Source: Lama guanicoe (Eukaryota). From it: a DNA stretch of 64,000 nt. The notes under the pieces are model-generated. The model was given only the letters and a program-made list of their open reading frames with translations, was not told where the DNA came from and did no database searches. Location of the stretch: NCBI GenBank assembly GCA_013239625.1, contig MU056000.1, positions 12,909,175 to 12,973,174 on the forward strand, written 5' to 3'. Of this stretch, positions 38,280 through 51,154 are shown one piece after another. Both the position numbers and the translations under genes were made by a program. How positions within the stretch are numbered: the first letter of the stretch is position 1; each line of letters starts with the position of its first letter.

Positions 38280-41200
38280 GTTATTACCAAGAGGGGATGC
38301 AGGAAGTAGAATCTTACGGCGACATTACTAACCCTTTGGCTGGCACTAAGAACTCCGTTACGGATGATGGTAAGTGAAGTATGGCTAGAAACTGGCATGT
38401 TATAGCAGTAAAATTGTTGAATTATATATTCGTGGTAAACTTAGATGGAAAGAATCTTATCTGCTGATACAGTATCTCTAGCACCTGAGAAATATGAGAG
38501 AAATTACACATACAGACAGTGGCATCGGGTGACTCTTGCTGAGTACTGTTGAATCATGAAAGACAGAAAGTGACAGGTTGTGGGTGATAAGTCACCATTT
38601 CAAGAGAAACTGAAAGCAGAGAGTCTTTTGGGAAATACTCAAGGAAACCTTAATTCCTTGCAGCTGGAAGACAAACAAAATGAGGGATTTGGCTCAGAAT
38701 TTAATAATAAAAAAAATAGCAGAGCTTCACGGAAGGTTGAGCTCTGAGCCCTAGCATTTCTCTTACACTAAATTCAGGGGCCTAACAGGAAGGGTGCGGG
38801 TCCATGAGGTTTGAGAAGGGGGTATATGGGTAGATACTCTTGAGACCTTTGATGTAGCAAGATTCCACTGAACCCACCAGGGAGTGACACACACACCTTG
38901 GTTAGATAGTGCTTCTCCTTTTGCATCACTGGGGTCAGACAACTGAAGTACCTAGGGAGCAAAATTTGAGGAGGACTTACTCTCAAGGATGTGCAAATGC
39001 AGGGTCTCCTAGGACCCTAAGCTCCTCTTGGCACCTCACTTGCCTCCCCTTCCTCCTGGCCCTTCCTTCTTGCTTGAAGATTAAAAAATACATAAGTCAG
39101 GCAGGGGCCTTTCAAGACAAAGTTCACACTTCTCAAGATGTATCCTACCTCTCTTCTGTCAATCTGATCAATAACAATGGTTGGATCTCATCATAGTATG
39201 GATGACAAGAAGCTGAGCTGTCTAAGGGAAGAGAAGGATTATACATGTAAGAAACGGAGTGATTTCTAATATGTGTCCACAAGATCTGGGGCAGCAGATG
39301 TGGGAAGAAATCCCGAGATGTTTTCAAAGGGATGCAGGATATTAAGTTAGAGAAGAGGGAGTTTATAGACATTAGAGTAGTCCTGCAATCCAGATTTAAC
39401 ATCTTGGCAAGGACCTTGAAGATGTTATGTTGAGCGGCAGGGATATTGAATAGCATCCTTTGAACTGGGAAGGAACTTTGAGACCAAAAAATGCAGTGGG
39501 CAACTCCATCAAGTGCAATTTAAAAAGTTTATTGTGAGCGACTTACATACAGGCTGGAAGGATCGGGCGGACGGATGATCTGGAGGCATTCACAGCTGCA
39601 CCCACATCCCTGAAAGGGGTGCAGAGAGTTTAAAGGAATGCAAAGTTAAAAATGGAACCTGACTACCAAGTGAGAAACTTGTCCACACAGGCTGGAACTG
39701 GGGTTTTTTCCTGCCCCCAGGGGCCTCATGACCATGAACCACTTGCATCAGCAAAGGGCACTCTTCCAGCTTCCATATCCAGTGAAGCCAAGGCTAAAAG
39801 TTGGTAGGGAACTTATCTGGCTCGGGCCCACCCCCGTGAGCAGGCTAAAGCTCAGCTGTGCAGAGAGGGGAGGGGGTAAGACTATGGGCCTAAAATGGAG
39901 CTGACAAAATGGAGTCAGTGTGGTTCAGAGACACATGTTACTAATATGATGCTAGGATGGTTCTCTGAAATTTAGAAAAAGCAATTGTTCACACTTAGTA
40001 TAAATGCCATATGGTAGGGAAATGGGTCAAAAAATGCTCATGCCAGAGTGTGCATCCTACATGCTGCCCTTGTTCCAAGAGAGGATCCAGAAGACACTCC
40101 ATTCACACATCGTGTATACAATCAGACTAAGAGCCATGATTTCCTACCTAGTTCTAAATATGTTTTCTGACTCAGAACTCACCTACTTATTGAGGGAGAG
40201 GCTGAAAGTCTGTGAGAAAAGACCTTGCAACATCACAGCAAATGCACTGTGGAGTGATCCTCCCGGTCAGGCCCTCAAGGGATCTATGGCCTTTTAGTCA
40301 TATAATTATGCGCCGGGGAAAGACTTTTCAAGGACTGCTGAATTCTGGCTCTGAACTGGCATGGACTGTGGGCTGTTCTACAACCCTGCCCTCTGTCATA
40401 TCATAGTTCAAAGGAACCGAACCGTCTGCAAATTCTGCAGAACACATTGATCCACCCCACTGCTACCAGCATGTGAATTGATGAGCAAGATGTGACCAGT
40501 GTGTGGGAAGCTTCAGTACAGATATTTGAGAAGGTAAGAAATAAATCCTATAGAGATTTAAGGCCTACCATATAGGTTAAGTACCCTGGGGTCCAGTGGG
40601 CTGAAGGATGCTGGGATATCTTCTCTTAATAAAGGACATATAAATATAGGACATTGCAACCCGCCTGCCACCAAGAAAGAAGTCTGATGTGTGGGAATTA
40701 TGTTCAGAAGGCAGCTTATTTTACATTTCTCCAACCCATTCACTTAGTGACGTGCAGGTCTGCCAGCTTTGAACTGGATCCAGATAAGGAAAGAATTCTG
40801 CAGCAAATCCAGGCTGTGGGACAAAAACAACTGCTGCTTGAGCCATAAGATCAGGCAGACACTCTAGTACATCTGTGATGGGGAAGGTGCTTGTGTGAAT
40901 TTTAAGTCAGCCCCATCCCAATAGGAGGATTGCAACATGGAACTCCTCGGATTCTCAGACAAAGCACATCATCAGTGACACCTAAGTATACACAACTTGA
41001 AAACCAGCTCTTGGTATCCTACTCAGTAGTGACTGAGACAGCTTATTTGACTGTGGATATCAAGTGACCATGTGGCCAAATACAAATTCTGTTAGACCCA
41101 CTAAGTTCTAAAGATGGGACCCCTCCCAAAAGATCACTGCAAATGAAAGTGGCATATTTGGGACTGAGCATAAGCAGGATAAGAGGGCAATGAGTAAACT

Positions 41201-41330
41201 GCCCAGCAGGTAGGTGCAGACCTCTCTGATCATCATCAGTGTGCTAAGTGTAACTCCAAGAAGTCTAGCTTGTAGAGACAGCTCGATGGGAGCTCACTAG
41301 TGACTGAGGATAGAGGGGCACAAATTGAGT
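38280..41330 (+). pseudogene. Decayed ERVL (ERV3-16A3/ERVL-like) internal region: gag, protease and RT/RNaseH relics with large deletions
   Basis: gag-like block at 38520-38840; protease motif RDLWPF...KTFQGLLNSGSEL (40280-40360; ERVL consensus GLLDTGSEL); PALCH at about 40385; FLQPIHLVTCRSASFELDPDKERILQQIQA (40726-40815). Confidence 0.85.
39428..39935 (-). mobile_element. Solo LTR (508 bp) nested in ERVL gag, 5-bp TSD
   Basis: TG...CA ends flanked by tgtta (39423-39427 and 39936-39940). Minus-strand AATAAA near 39528. gag sequence resumes collinearly. Family tentatively MER74/MER73-like. Confidence 0.85.
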
Positions 41331-41339
41331 TGAGAACAC

Positions 41340-42300
41340 TTTACATTTCAGATGCTTTAAACTCATCCAGATAGGAATATTGAGTAGAATGAGAGCTATG
41401 AAAAAAAAAACAGAATAGAAAAGTGACAGCAGGCACTAGAGGGTGGAGGAAATAGGGAGAAGTCGGTTAAGGGTGCAAACTTTCAGTAATAAGATGGGTA
41501 AGTTCTGAAGGTCTAATGTACAACATGGTGACTATAGGTGGTAACATTGAATTGTATAATTGAAATTTGCTACGAGAGTAGAATTTAAATGTTCTTACCA
41601 AAAAAAGAAAAAAGGAAATATACGAGGTGAGGCATATGTTAACTAATTCAATGGGGAGAATCTTTTTACTATGTATATGTATGTATTTACTATATATAAA
41701 AAATCATATTGTATATTTTAAACATCTCACAATTTTATTTGTCAATTATACCTCAATAAAGGTGGGAGAAAAGGTGAATGAGAGTTATGAATAGAAGCCT
41801 GTATCAGATACATACATTAGGAAATAGTTTGTGTAACGAGAGCAATTGAAGCTATAGAATAAAGGAGAGAAACAGGACATTGATACCAGTGTTCAGGGGC
41901 TCCAATATTTAATGTCTTAGAGGAAGAAGAAGAATATTAGTCTGCAAAAGAGACTCAGAAGTAGCAAACAGAGATGTAGATGGAAAACTTGGAGCCTGAG
42001 GTCATGAAGCTAAGGGAGGAAAGACTTTTGTAAAGAAGGAGATGATTAAGCAATGCCATATGTTGCTGAGAGATCAAGTAAGGTGCAAATGCCAAATGTT
42101 CATTGCACGTAGTGGTTTATAGTGACAATGTCAATTATCTCAGTGACAAAACCGAACAGATTAAAAATTGAATTGGATTGATGCGCACGTATGTGTGACA
42201 TGAAATGGAGGCAATGAGACTTAAAATATTCGGTTGTAAAAGAGAAGAAGGAAATGAATCTGTGTCTGGAAGGACTATGTCAGATCATAAAGGTGTTATT
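41340..42300 (-). mobile_element. L2 fragment split by the L1MA9-like insertion
   Basis: ggggctccaatatttaa, gcaaaagagactcagaagtagca, gtcatgaagctaagggagga, atgttgctgagagatcaagtaag. Confidence 0.75.
41402..41775 (+). mobile_element. L1MA9-like 3' end inserted into L2, with TSD
   Basis: caacatggtgactatag..tgaaatttgcta..agagtaga...gtcaattatacctcaataaag. TSD gaatgagagctatga (41387-41401) / gaatgagagttatga (41776-41790). Confidence 0.9.
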
Positions 42301-42349
42301 CACCTTGCTTATCTGTTATTTTCTATGGTGTTTTGAAATGTACTTGCTT

Positions 42350-44304
42350 AAGGATTGCAAAACTCCAGCTCAGTTTAGGAAATAGAAAACTGGAGAGAAC
42401 ATTACTCCCGCCCTAGCAACAACAACACAACACAACACAACAAGCCCTATGGACAGTCAGTGGGATTCACAACTTTTCTTGAACTTGTCAAGGAGCTGAT
42501 GATACAGAGCCAACAGCTAATCCATCACCTCTGGGGAGAGACTAGAAGTGAGCATTTGCTTACACGGGGAAGATGCTGCCAGACACTGATAAGAACAACT
42601 CAACTAAAATTTTAAATTAATTACAAAGAGTTGAGTGTGACCTAGTAAGAAAATACAGAACCACATGTGATCAGGAAAACAAAGGAATTAATTATTAATT
42701 ATAGGTTCCTCTTAATAAGACTGGTGGCAAAATGAGGGTCCTGTATCCCTTCCCTAGCAGCAAAGGACTGGAGAAGAAAATCCCAGTTACTGTGGGAAGG
42801 GTCTAGAGCACCACTGGGCCTTTTCTCCCTATCTCTTCTACAGAATAGAGTTCCAAAACACTTGGGAAAGAAGAACAGAACTTGCTTTTAGGGCACAGGT
42901 GAAAAACTATCACATCAAGGAAAATAAAATAAAATATTAAAACCTTACTAGTGGTGAGGAGCAGGCCAAGAGGTTGGGTCCAGAGCCACAGCCAGGGACC
43001 AGGTCTAAAGCTGAGAAGTTCCCATCCCTGTGACCCAGGGACTCAGTTCTCCCTGAGACTGAAGAGTAAGCAGAATGATAGGAAAGACTTCTTCTCCTTC
43101 TCCCAAACCACCACCAGATTAACAAACATCCAGGAAGAAGTAGTATCAACATTGCTTGCAGAAGAGAAAGAGCATGGAGAGGGATCCTCTAAGGCATGAT
43201 GCAGAGAAGACCTAAATCAAGAGTGGAGTGGACATTAGGAAAGAAGAACCCTCCTGGAAACCAGTCTCACCTCCAAAGATAAGGTAATGTTAGAAGAATT
43301 TGAGTCCTGTGGTTCTTGAGGGTAAATGCAGAAGGAAAAGGTGCCCATTGTACTCATAACAATTAATTTGCTTCAGTATCTACTGCTCAAGACAAGATAC
43401 CTGCTGTCCGTACACACACCCAAATATGAGAGATGGAAAAAACTAAGCAAAAAACATCACCCAGGTAAGAAAACAAGAAAAAAACAGGAACAGATGTGAC
43501 ATCAAAAATGAAATTTAAAAAAATTCTAATGAAAATGTTAAAGTCTCTTGTGCAAAAGAGAATTTTTGTATGTGTGGTCCACTGGGTAATTTTAGCAGAT
43601 ATACAGAAACTGTAAGAAAGAATCAAATGTAAAAACACATTAACAAAGAGGAAGAAGGCTTTTGACAGGCTACCCAGTAGACTTGACACATCAATGAACT
43701 TGAAGATAGGTCAGATTGAAATTATACAAACAAATACACATAGAAAATTGTAAAAAAAAAAAAAAAAAAAAACAAAAACATCCAAAAAAAAAAATAAATG
43801 ATATAAAATTAAATGATCTAAAATACATGTCATTGGAAACCCAGAAAGCCAAGAGTAACAGCTGAGACTTAAAAAATTGTCTATACAGGTAATCCTAAGA
43901 CTCTACAAAAAGATACTAATGCCAAAAAGTGAGTTTAGCAAGATGGTCAATTATTAAGTTAATATTCAGCACCAATTATATTTCTATATGCTAGCAAGGA
44001 ATAATTAGAAATTAAAATAAAATTTAAAAGAATGATTACCAGAAATATTAATACATGAAATAGGTATAAATCTTCCAAAATACATGCACGATCTGTATAC
44101 GTGCTAAACATAACAAAACACTGATGAAATAAATCAAAGGAGACGTAATAAATGGGGAGGTACCACACTTAAACATGGAAAGTTCAGTATGGAAGCTTAA
44201 TATTGTTAAATGTCAGTTGCCCAGAGATTGAACTGATCTATGGGTTCAACCCAATTGCAGTTGAAACCACTCAAGATTTTTTGCACAAATCAACAGGATG
44301 ATTC
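42350..44304 (+). mobile_element. Old L1M 5' UTR/ORF1 joined by an internal deletion to the ORF2 RT region
   Basis: ORF1-like atcaatgaacttgaagataggtca..gaaatta and catgtcattggaaacccagaa, followed almost immediately by ORF2 gtgagtttagcaagatg and aaatcaaaggagacgtaataaatgg. Confidence 0.7.
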
Positions 44305-45584
44305 TGCCAACAAAAACCTTAATCAGTTGTCAATTTAAGAAAGAAATGGAAAATTTTGCTTGAGTCAACCTGAGGATTAGAACCTGGGAGACAGTCTTTC
44401 ATAAAGCTCTGAGGACTGTTCCAAAGAGGTAATGGGGGAGGCTAGTGTATATATCATTTTGGCAAAGAAGTATATGCATCAAGCGCACATCTTGGTAGAA
44501 AGTTACTGCTATTGACAAGGAACAGCTATCTTAGTTAACGGTGTTAGTGATTCCTTAGGTATGGGACAATAAAAGAAACTGGATTCATAGCATCTTTTCC
44601 TGAAAGTATCTAAGCATCTGAAGTTCTGTTCTGCCAGTTTTCCCAGAGTGCACAGTGCCTCGTCCTGATCTTTGCCCTGAATTCCTTTCAGGGTATATTG
44701 TAGGTCAGCAATTGTAGTGGCTAATGGCTTGATTCGTGTAGAAATAGATGGTGGGCAACATTCTTTAGTTTACAATCCCCTGCCTTTTGGTCTTAATTTT
44801 GACCAACGCTTGGGAGGCATTTTGTGACCCATTTGTCCCATGGTCCTAGAAATGCTCATTCCCAGGTGAGATAAGGATTTTTGTTTTGATGATCCACTCA
44901 ACGTGCTATTACTGGTTTAGGCCCTGTTAACAGTCACCCAGAGCCTCTGGACTGCTTGTCTGTTATCATCCAGGAAATGGTTCCCTCTTCCCACATCCAG
45001 AGTTACACTCTTATAACTATTGATCTTATAGAATTATATATTTGGTCAATCATTTCAAGTCACTTAGTCATCATTATTTTTATTGGAGGCTCAGTCACAC
45101 ATTGGTGATGCAAGAAATAATAATGTAAATATATTACAAATAATATAGTTAGTAACACTAGTAAGGTCAGGAGTAAGTATTTAAACTAAGAACCACCACT
45201 AGCTGCAGCCCAGTATCTCCCCAGGTCGTCTGGCTCTGTCTGCTCCATACCAGTTGCTGTCTTTAAAAGAAATGATACACTGGCATTGCACATAAAGTTC
45301 ACCAAAGGTGTCCGCATGTACAAGGCCAGTGTTGGGTCATCATGAACCCTTACAGGATTGAGAAAGGAATACTGTCTTCTAAGGAGTTACATGGCTGGTG
45401 TCAGAAGAAGAAAAATTGCTCTTTATGGGTGAGCAGGTTTTCCTGCCACTGAGGAGATCTGGTTAATGCATAATGCAGGTATACAGTGCACACCAGAGGA
45501 GAAGGAAGAAACCCAAAGAGGCAGAAAAAAATTACATTTAATTTTTTTCTTATTTTGCCTTAAACAATGAATTTTATTTCATCA
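44305..45584 (-). mobile_element. ERV1-class LTR element (1280 bp, composite solo LTR) inserted in L1, 4-bp TSD
   Basis: TG (44305) ... CA (45584) flanked by attc (44301-44304 and 45585-45588). L1 gattc|taaaat resumes after the element. Internal PPT-like junction at about 44770-44790. Confidence 0.85.
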
Positions 45585-45689
45585 ATTCTAAAATGTATAA
45601 GGAAAATAAAAGCAAAGGCAAAAACAGCTAATTGATAAGTGAAGCTGAATACAAAAAGACACACTGATACTTAAAAGTGTAAATTTCCA

Positions 45690-45830
45690 TGTTTATGGGC
45701 ACTTTGTGAGGTATGTATTATAGATGAAGAAAATGAAGTTCAGATTGCTTGGAGACAGGTACACAAGTAGTAAGGTCAATAGTTAGAGATGCCGATATCA
45801 AAATGTTTCATTAAACATCAAAGCTCTCAA
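45690..45830 (-). mobile_element. MIR SINE fragment
   Basis: actttgtgaggtatgtattatagatgaagaaaatgaagttcaga...ggtacacaagtagtaag. Confidence 0.6.
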
Positions 45831-47629
45831 CTCTGTCAAGGTGACCCTCTGAGTTTGTAGTATTAGTTACAAAACTATATTTATAACCATCCAAAGAGAC
45901 TAAGAGATGTATTAAAAAATAAACTAAGTGTTTGTAAAGTTTTATAAAATGTTTTTTTCAAGCAGCTGCTTTGGTTATAATATATATAATTTAAGTTAAT
46001 AATTATTACTTTTTTTCTCTGACTTCATTAACTTATTGTCTTTTCCAAATAATGCTTTTTTAAAAATTTTTGGTGAAGGCTTAGTATAACAAAACATTTC
46101 AAACGAGATATTGACTAATAATGTTTACAATCTCAGTGCCTGTGGCAGACTGTCAGAATTCATTTCCTGGAAGAGATTAGAATGTATCATTATAGCGACA
46201 ATTTAGGAGTGAAAAGTTCACTGAGATGGGAAAGGAGTCTCCAGAAAGCTTCCAGGGACTGAGATAAACTAGTTCATAGGTGGATGCTTCCATCTAAAAT
46301 ATATAAAACTGGACTCCAAGCCAAGAAAAAAATATCATGGTATGTATCTACAAAAGTGTTTTAGGAATACTGAATTTTTAAATGATTTAATGTTTTTAAA
46401 ATTACTTGGGGGTGAAAAAGACTTTTAAAGGCTACTGAAATAAAAAACATTTTAAAGAGTTTTAAAAGGGGCATTCCAAACCAATACTATGACATGCTGC
46501 TTGAGAGAGAGGAAGAAATCTTTAGCTCATATTGTCCTTCGTTTTCTTTTTGAAGGAAAGATTTTTCAGATTTAAAAAGGAAGTTAAATATTCTGAACAA
46601 GAGCCTGGACGCCTTGAAGTGGTTGTGTGAGAACCTAATTTGTTCCACTGGCCCTGATTAACTACATTCTTCATTACAGACAGGACCTGAAAATATGAAT
46701 GCCAAACACTATACATACGTTTTTAAAGATTTTGCAAATTAGAAGGACACTTGCAAGTAGAAAAATACATAGAGAGTTCTTTATGAGATTATCCTCCATT
46801 AGAAATGAGCTAGGAAGTGCAAATGTCATTTCTCTAAACACTCTCTTGTGAAAATAATATTCTTATTTTGTCCACATTTCCTGAAAAATGTGTTAACGCC
46901 CAATGTTAGCAGAGTCAATTTTACTAAAATGAAAGACTCATTTTCATAACAGGAACTTTTAGAGCAATGGATCAGTGAGAAATAAACTCTACTTCAGATA
47001 ATGCAATACAAAAGTTGAGCCCTTGCTACAGATTGGAATGGTTGAGCATGTATTCCTTGTTCAGATGATCGTTTAAGACACTGGACTCTCTGACTTCCTT
47101 AAACAGTAAATGAAGCAAGATCTCAGAGAAGCTACGATGTGTAGTCTAGTGTCAGCCACAAACAGTAGGACTGGACATTCCATTAACGTGGATTAAAAAC
47201 TCAGGAAAAAGTAGATTGGCGGTGGGCTTTTGATTCGATATGCTTTCTTTTTCACTTCACCATAATAAAGAGCTTTGCTTTAAATGTTTAGAGGCTGAGT
47301 CCAAATTTGATGTGCCTATGTGGACAAACTAGGGAGGAATAAAGTATCATTGCTACTGGGTTTGGGCTCACAGTCAGTGGCAAGAAGAAAGCTCGGGATT
47401 TTCTTGGCTTGCCTATTAGTCCATGGTCTTCCTATACAGGGCTTGTCTTGCCTACTATGCTTTTATATCATTTGCAATTCAAGTGTGAGATTACCTCTTT
47501 GATTTTTCTGAACCAGAACCTTCTAGAACACAAGCAATTCTAATTTTCAAAATGAACCAGCAGATGCATTTCAGTGCCCTGAGATCAAGTACCATCTTTA
47601 TTCCAGAATAAATTTAATGCAGGCAAGTG

Positions 47630-47752
47630 ATCATTGCTTCGTTTATTTCAACAACCATTAGGTGAGCACCTGCCTTGTGCCAGACACTCTCCTAAGTACG
47701 AGATTGTAGCATTGACTCAAACACAGAAAACCTCATAGAAATTGAATTCTAA
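47630..47752 (-). mobile_element. L2 3' end fragment
   Basis: tttatttcaacaaccatt..tgagcacctgccttgtgccagacactctcctaagt. Confidence 0.7.
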
Positions 47753-48754
47753 GCATTTGTGAAGAAATATTTGTATAGGAGTAAAATAAGAAGATAATAA
47801 TCACTGAGAACTTAAATTTTCTTTTATGAGACCGACAGACTTAAGGAATGTAAGAGATGAAAGCAAATGATTTGACAGGTCTCATATATATCATATATAT
47901 CTTACACATATAGCAGAGTGATAAAGACAGCTGTATGGTTGGGACTGTAGTCAATAATTGCAATTAAAGATAATAATTTCTAAATAGCAACAATAGAGAG
48001 ATTTGCAGTGGCATTCTGAAGATCTTGTTTTAGTCAATATTTTATAGTAATTTTTTAATGTATAACATTGCATTTTATGTTAAAAGGAAAGTGCAATGTA
48101 ATAAAAACATAATTGAGATAGATTAAAAAGAATGTGCAGAAATCACTGAGAAAAAAATAGATCTAAAATATACTCTGCACATATGAGAACCTTCCCTTAA
48201 AGTCCTCAATTTCTCCCTGCCCCCTTCTTGACAGGCCCCTCCCAGGTGTCCTGAACACGCAGCTTTCACCTTCTCACTGTTTACTGAATAATAAACAAAG
48301 CCTAGAGGAGTTGAGGAACCACCTTTGGATGCTGGAAAATTAGTGTTGGAATTCTAGCCTCTACCACGTACCTGAAACATAGTAGATGCAAGAAATGATG
48401 GTTATTGTTTTAATTTTATGATTATGATTATTATTACTCATATTTTCTTCTTCATCGTGACATGAATTTGGGAATAATATTCATATCCCTCTTAATCTCT
48501 AGTTCCTTCCAGTGTCTGAAAAAATCTAGGCTTTCAATAAGTTTCCTGAGGGAATAAATGGGTGAGATGATACCCCATTTACAGATGATATGAAGTCTAA
48601 GTGAGGATAAAAGACCATAGTCATGAAACATTGCCTATCAGAGTAGATTTAACAGGATAAACTACCATAAGAATAATTTTATAAGTGTCTTTCAGTGTTG
48701 AGGAACAAATGGAACAAATGTAGGATAGATGGCGTGTGAATTACCTGAACAAAC

Positions 48755-48802
48755 GACGTACGTCAGTACTAGGGAAATGCTGAGTCACACGTAGTTACGT
48801 CA
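48755..48802. promoter_or_regulatory. Candidate bZIP/stress-responsive enhancer core (ARE/MARE, two CRE-like sites, HRE-like site)
   Basis: gacgtacgtca 48755-48765; tgctgagtcac 48778-48788; cacgta 48788-48793; ttacgtca 48795-48802; CpGs locally retained. Confidence 0.5.
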
Positions 48803-50181
48803 AGAGAGGTAAGGAGGTTTAAGTGGGGGAAGTGGGTCAAGTTCTTAAAAATACAAATCCTGAAACTTTATTCTTGGGTTAAACCCTGGATTTGGAGAAA
48901 CATTAACTTGCCAATGACTGCATCAAAGTCAGGCGTGGATCATTAGACACAGATGCAAAACAAGAAAGTAGAAGCAGCTGGTCTTGGGCTTATGCGGCCC
49001 AGTCGAGGCTTTGGCAGTGTGACATCTTCCTTTTACTGGAATTGTATGAAAGGACCCCTGGAAGGCAAATCATTCTAATACATAACTTCTTGAGAGATGA
49101 TTTCTACGAATGGATTTTCTGCCCTTGATTAACAAAATAGTCTATACATGGAGGCAGCGTTGGGGAAGTTCATGAAAAGGCTCACGTCCAAAGCAAGCTC
49201 ATGCCTGTGTATTTCATGGCATCTCTAAATGAACTGTTTTCCTAAAAGATGTCAGTATTGATCATAAACCTGATCTCAGACTTTGTAATACTTTACAGTA
49301 TGTGCTCTTCTGTGCAACTTTAACTCTAAATGCATGGATTTTATATAGAAAATGGAGGTATTAAAAACTAGCATTATTACAGAGATTAACCGAGATAATG
49401 GTTTATTGTGAATATCAAATCATATGACAGAGACAAAAACATTTAGCTGATCTGGGACAAAGAAGGTTCAAAACGGTCTCTATGCTAGTGAGTTTCTCTT
49501 CTCATCTGCTAGGGAAAAGACTCCTCTGTGAGTGTAAGTTATCAGACAAGTCTTTTATATGCGGAGTGTTTTGTACGAAAGATAACTTTTTTAAAATTGA
49601 ACTGAATGGAGCTAAATAATTGCAACTTCAATAAAAGGGTATTTGGGGCAAAATGATTTTAATGGCAACAAGATGCTTCAGAAATGAGTAGAAAGTGAGG
49701 GTGTATTTAGATGGTGTGGAAGAGACAGGCTTGGAGGAAAAGGTAATGAGAGAGTTGAGATTAAGATATTTTCCCTTCAAGGGAGGCAATATTACTTGGT
49801 GTAGAGCAACTGATTTGCAGAATTCATTAGTCTAGTCTTTCTTTGATATATTCTTACTATTGATTCTAATCACTAAGTCAATGTAAGAAGAAAAATGAAC
49901 TTTGGGGGATTTTTATTAAGGTAAAATTTATCTTTTGAAAATCTTTGGATAATTCTCTAAAATTTTGGGTTGTCCTATCTAAAAACTCTATATGCTTATC
50001 CATTTATTCAATTACTATTTTATTCTCCTTAGTACAATTACATATTTTGTGTCCAAATCCTTGGTAATATGATTTATTGTACCCTGATGTTTATACTAAA
50101 TCCTACTGATTTGTGTGCAACACATTTGAATTTTCTCATTATTGATTCTGATAGTTTTTAGGTTGATTCTTCTTCTCATTT

Positions 50182-50263
50182 TCTGTCTCTGTCTCTGTCT
50201 CTGTCTCTGTCTCTCTCTGTATTTGTCTGACACACACACACACACACACACGAACCACACACA
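50182..50263. repeat. (TCTCTG)n and (CA)n microsatellites
   Basis: Directly visible. Confidence 0.9.
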
Positions 50264-50317
50264 TATCTTTCTCTGTCAGACATTATTCCAGATACTGGGA
50301 ATTTAGAAGTAAGTACG

Positions 50318-51154
50318 GAAACAAGGATGAGATATCATCTCTACTAATAGAATAGCTAAAATCAAAAATAGGGCAACTTCAAAACTGGGAACGATGTGAA
50401 GCAGCAGGTATACTCATTCATTGCAGGTAGGAATGCATAACACCTCTGGAAGATGTTTGGTAGTTTATCATAGAAATAAATATACCCCCATCATATTATC
50501 CAGCAATTGTACTTCTTGGTATTTACCCAAGGAAGTTGAAAATTTATGTTCACACAGAAACTGCACACAAATGTGTATAGCAACTTTACTGATAATTACC
50601 AAAACTTGGAAGCAACTAAGATGTCCTTCAATAGATGAAGGGATAAAGACTGTGGTACATCCATACGGTGAAATCTTTTCCAGTGATAAAAATAAATGAG
50701 CTAAGTTATGCAAAGACACAAGGAAACTTAAGTGCATATTGGTAAGTGAAAGAAGCTTATCTGAAAAAAGTTACATACTGTGTGATTTTACATTCTGGTA
50801 AAGGCAAATCTATGAAGAGTTAAAAATGGTAGAGGACTGGGAGGAGGAAGAGGGATGGAGAGATGGAACATAGCATAATGTAATGTTTCTGTATTATATT
50901 GCTATGGTGGAAACATGCCTTTCTGCATATGTTAAAACTCAGAGACTGTGCAACACAAAGAGTGAGTCCTAATGTAATGTAAACTTTGTACTGTGGTTAA
51001 TAATAATGATTTAATATTGGTTCGTCATGGTAACAAACGTACCGTGCGAATGCAAGATGTGTGCGGGAGGAATTAGGGGAACTTTCTGTACTATGCTCAG
51101 TTTTTCTGTAAACCTAAAACTGCTCTAAAAAATAAAATCTATTAATTAAAAAAA
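50318..51154 (+). mobile_element. L1MC1/2-like 3' end inserted into an L2 fragment
   Basis: ORF2 relic CTQMCIATLLIITKTWKQLRCPSIDE; terminus ttttctgtaaacctaaaactgctctaaaaaataaaatctatt; L2-like flanks at 50275-50317 and 51155-51230. Confidence 0.9.

Noticed and set aside
48061..48103. Short hairpin tataacattgcattt / aagtgcaatgtaata
   Set aside because: Short, AT-rich and imperfect; too weak to call a pre-miRNA or MITE.
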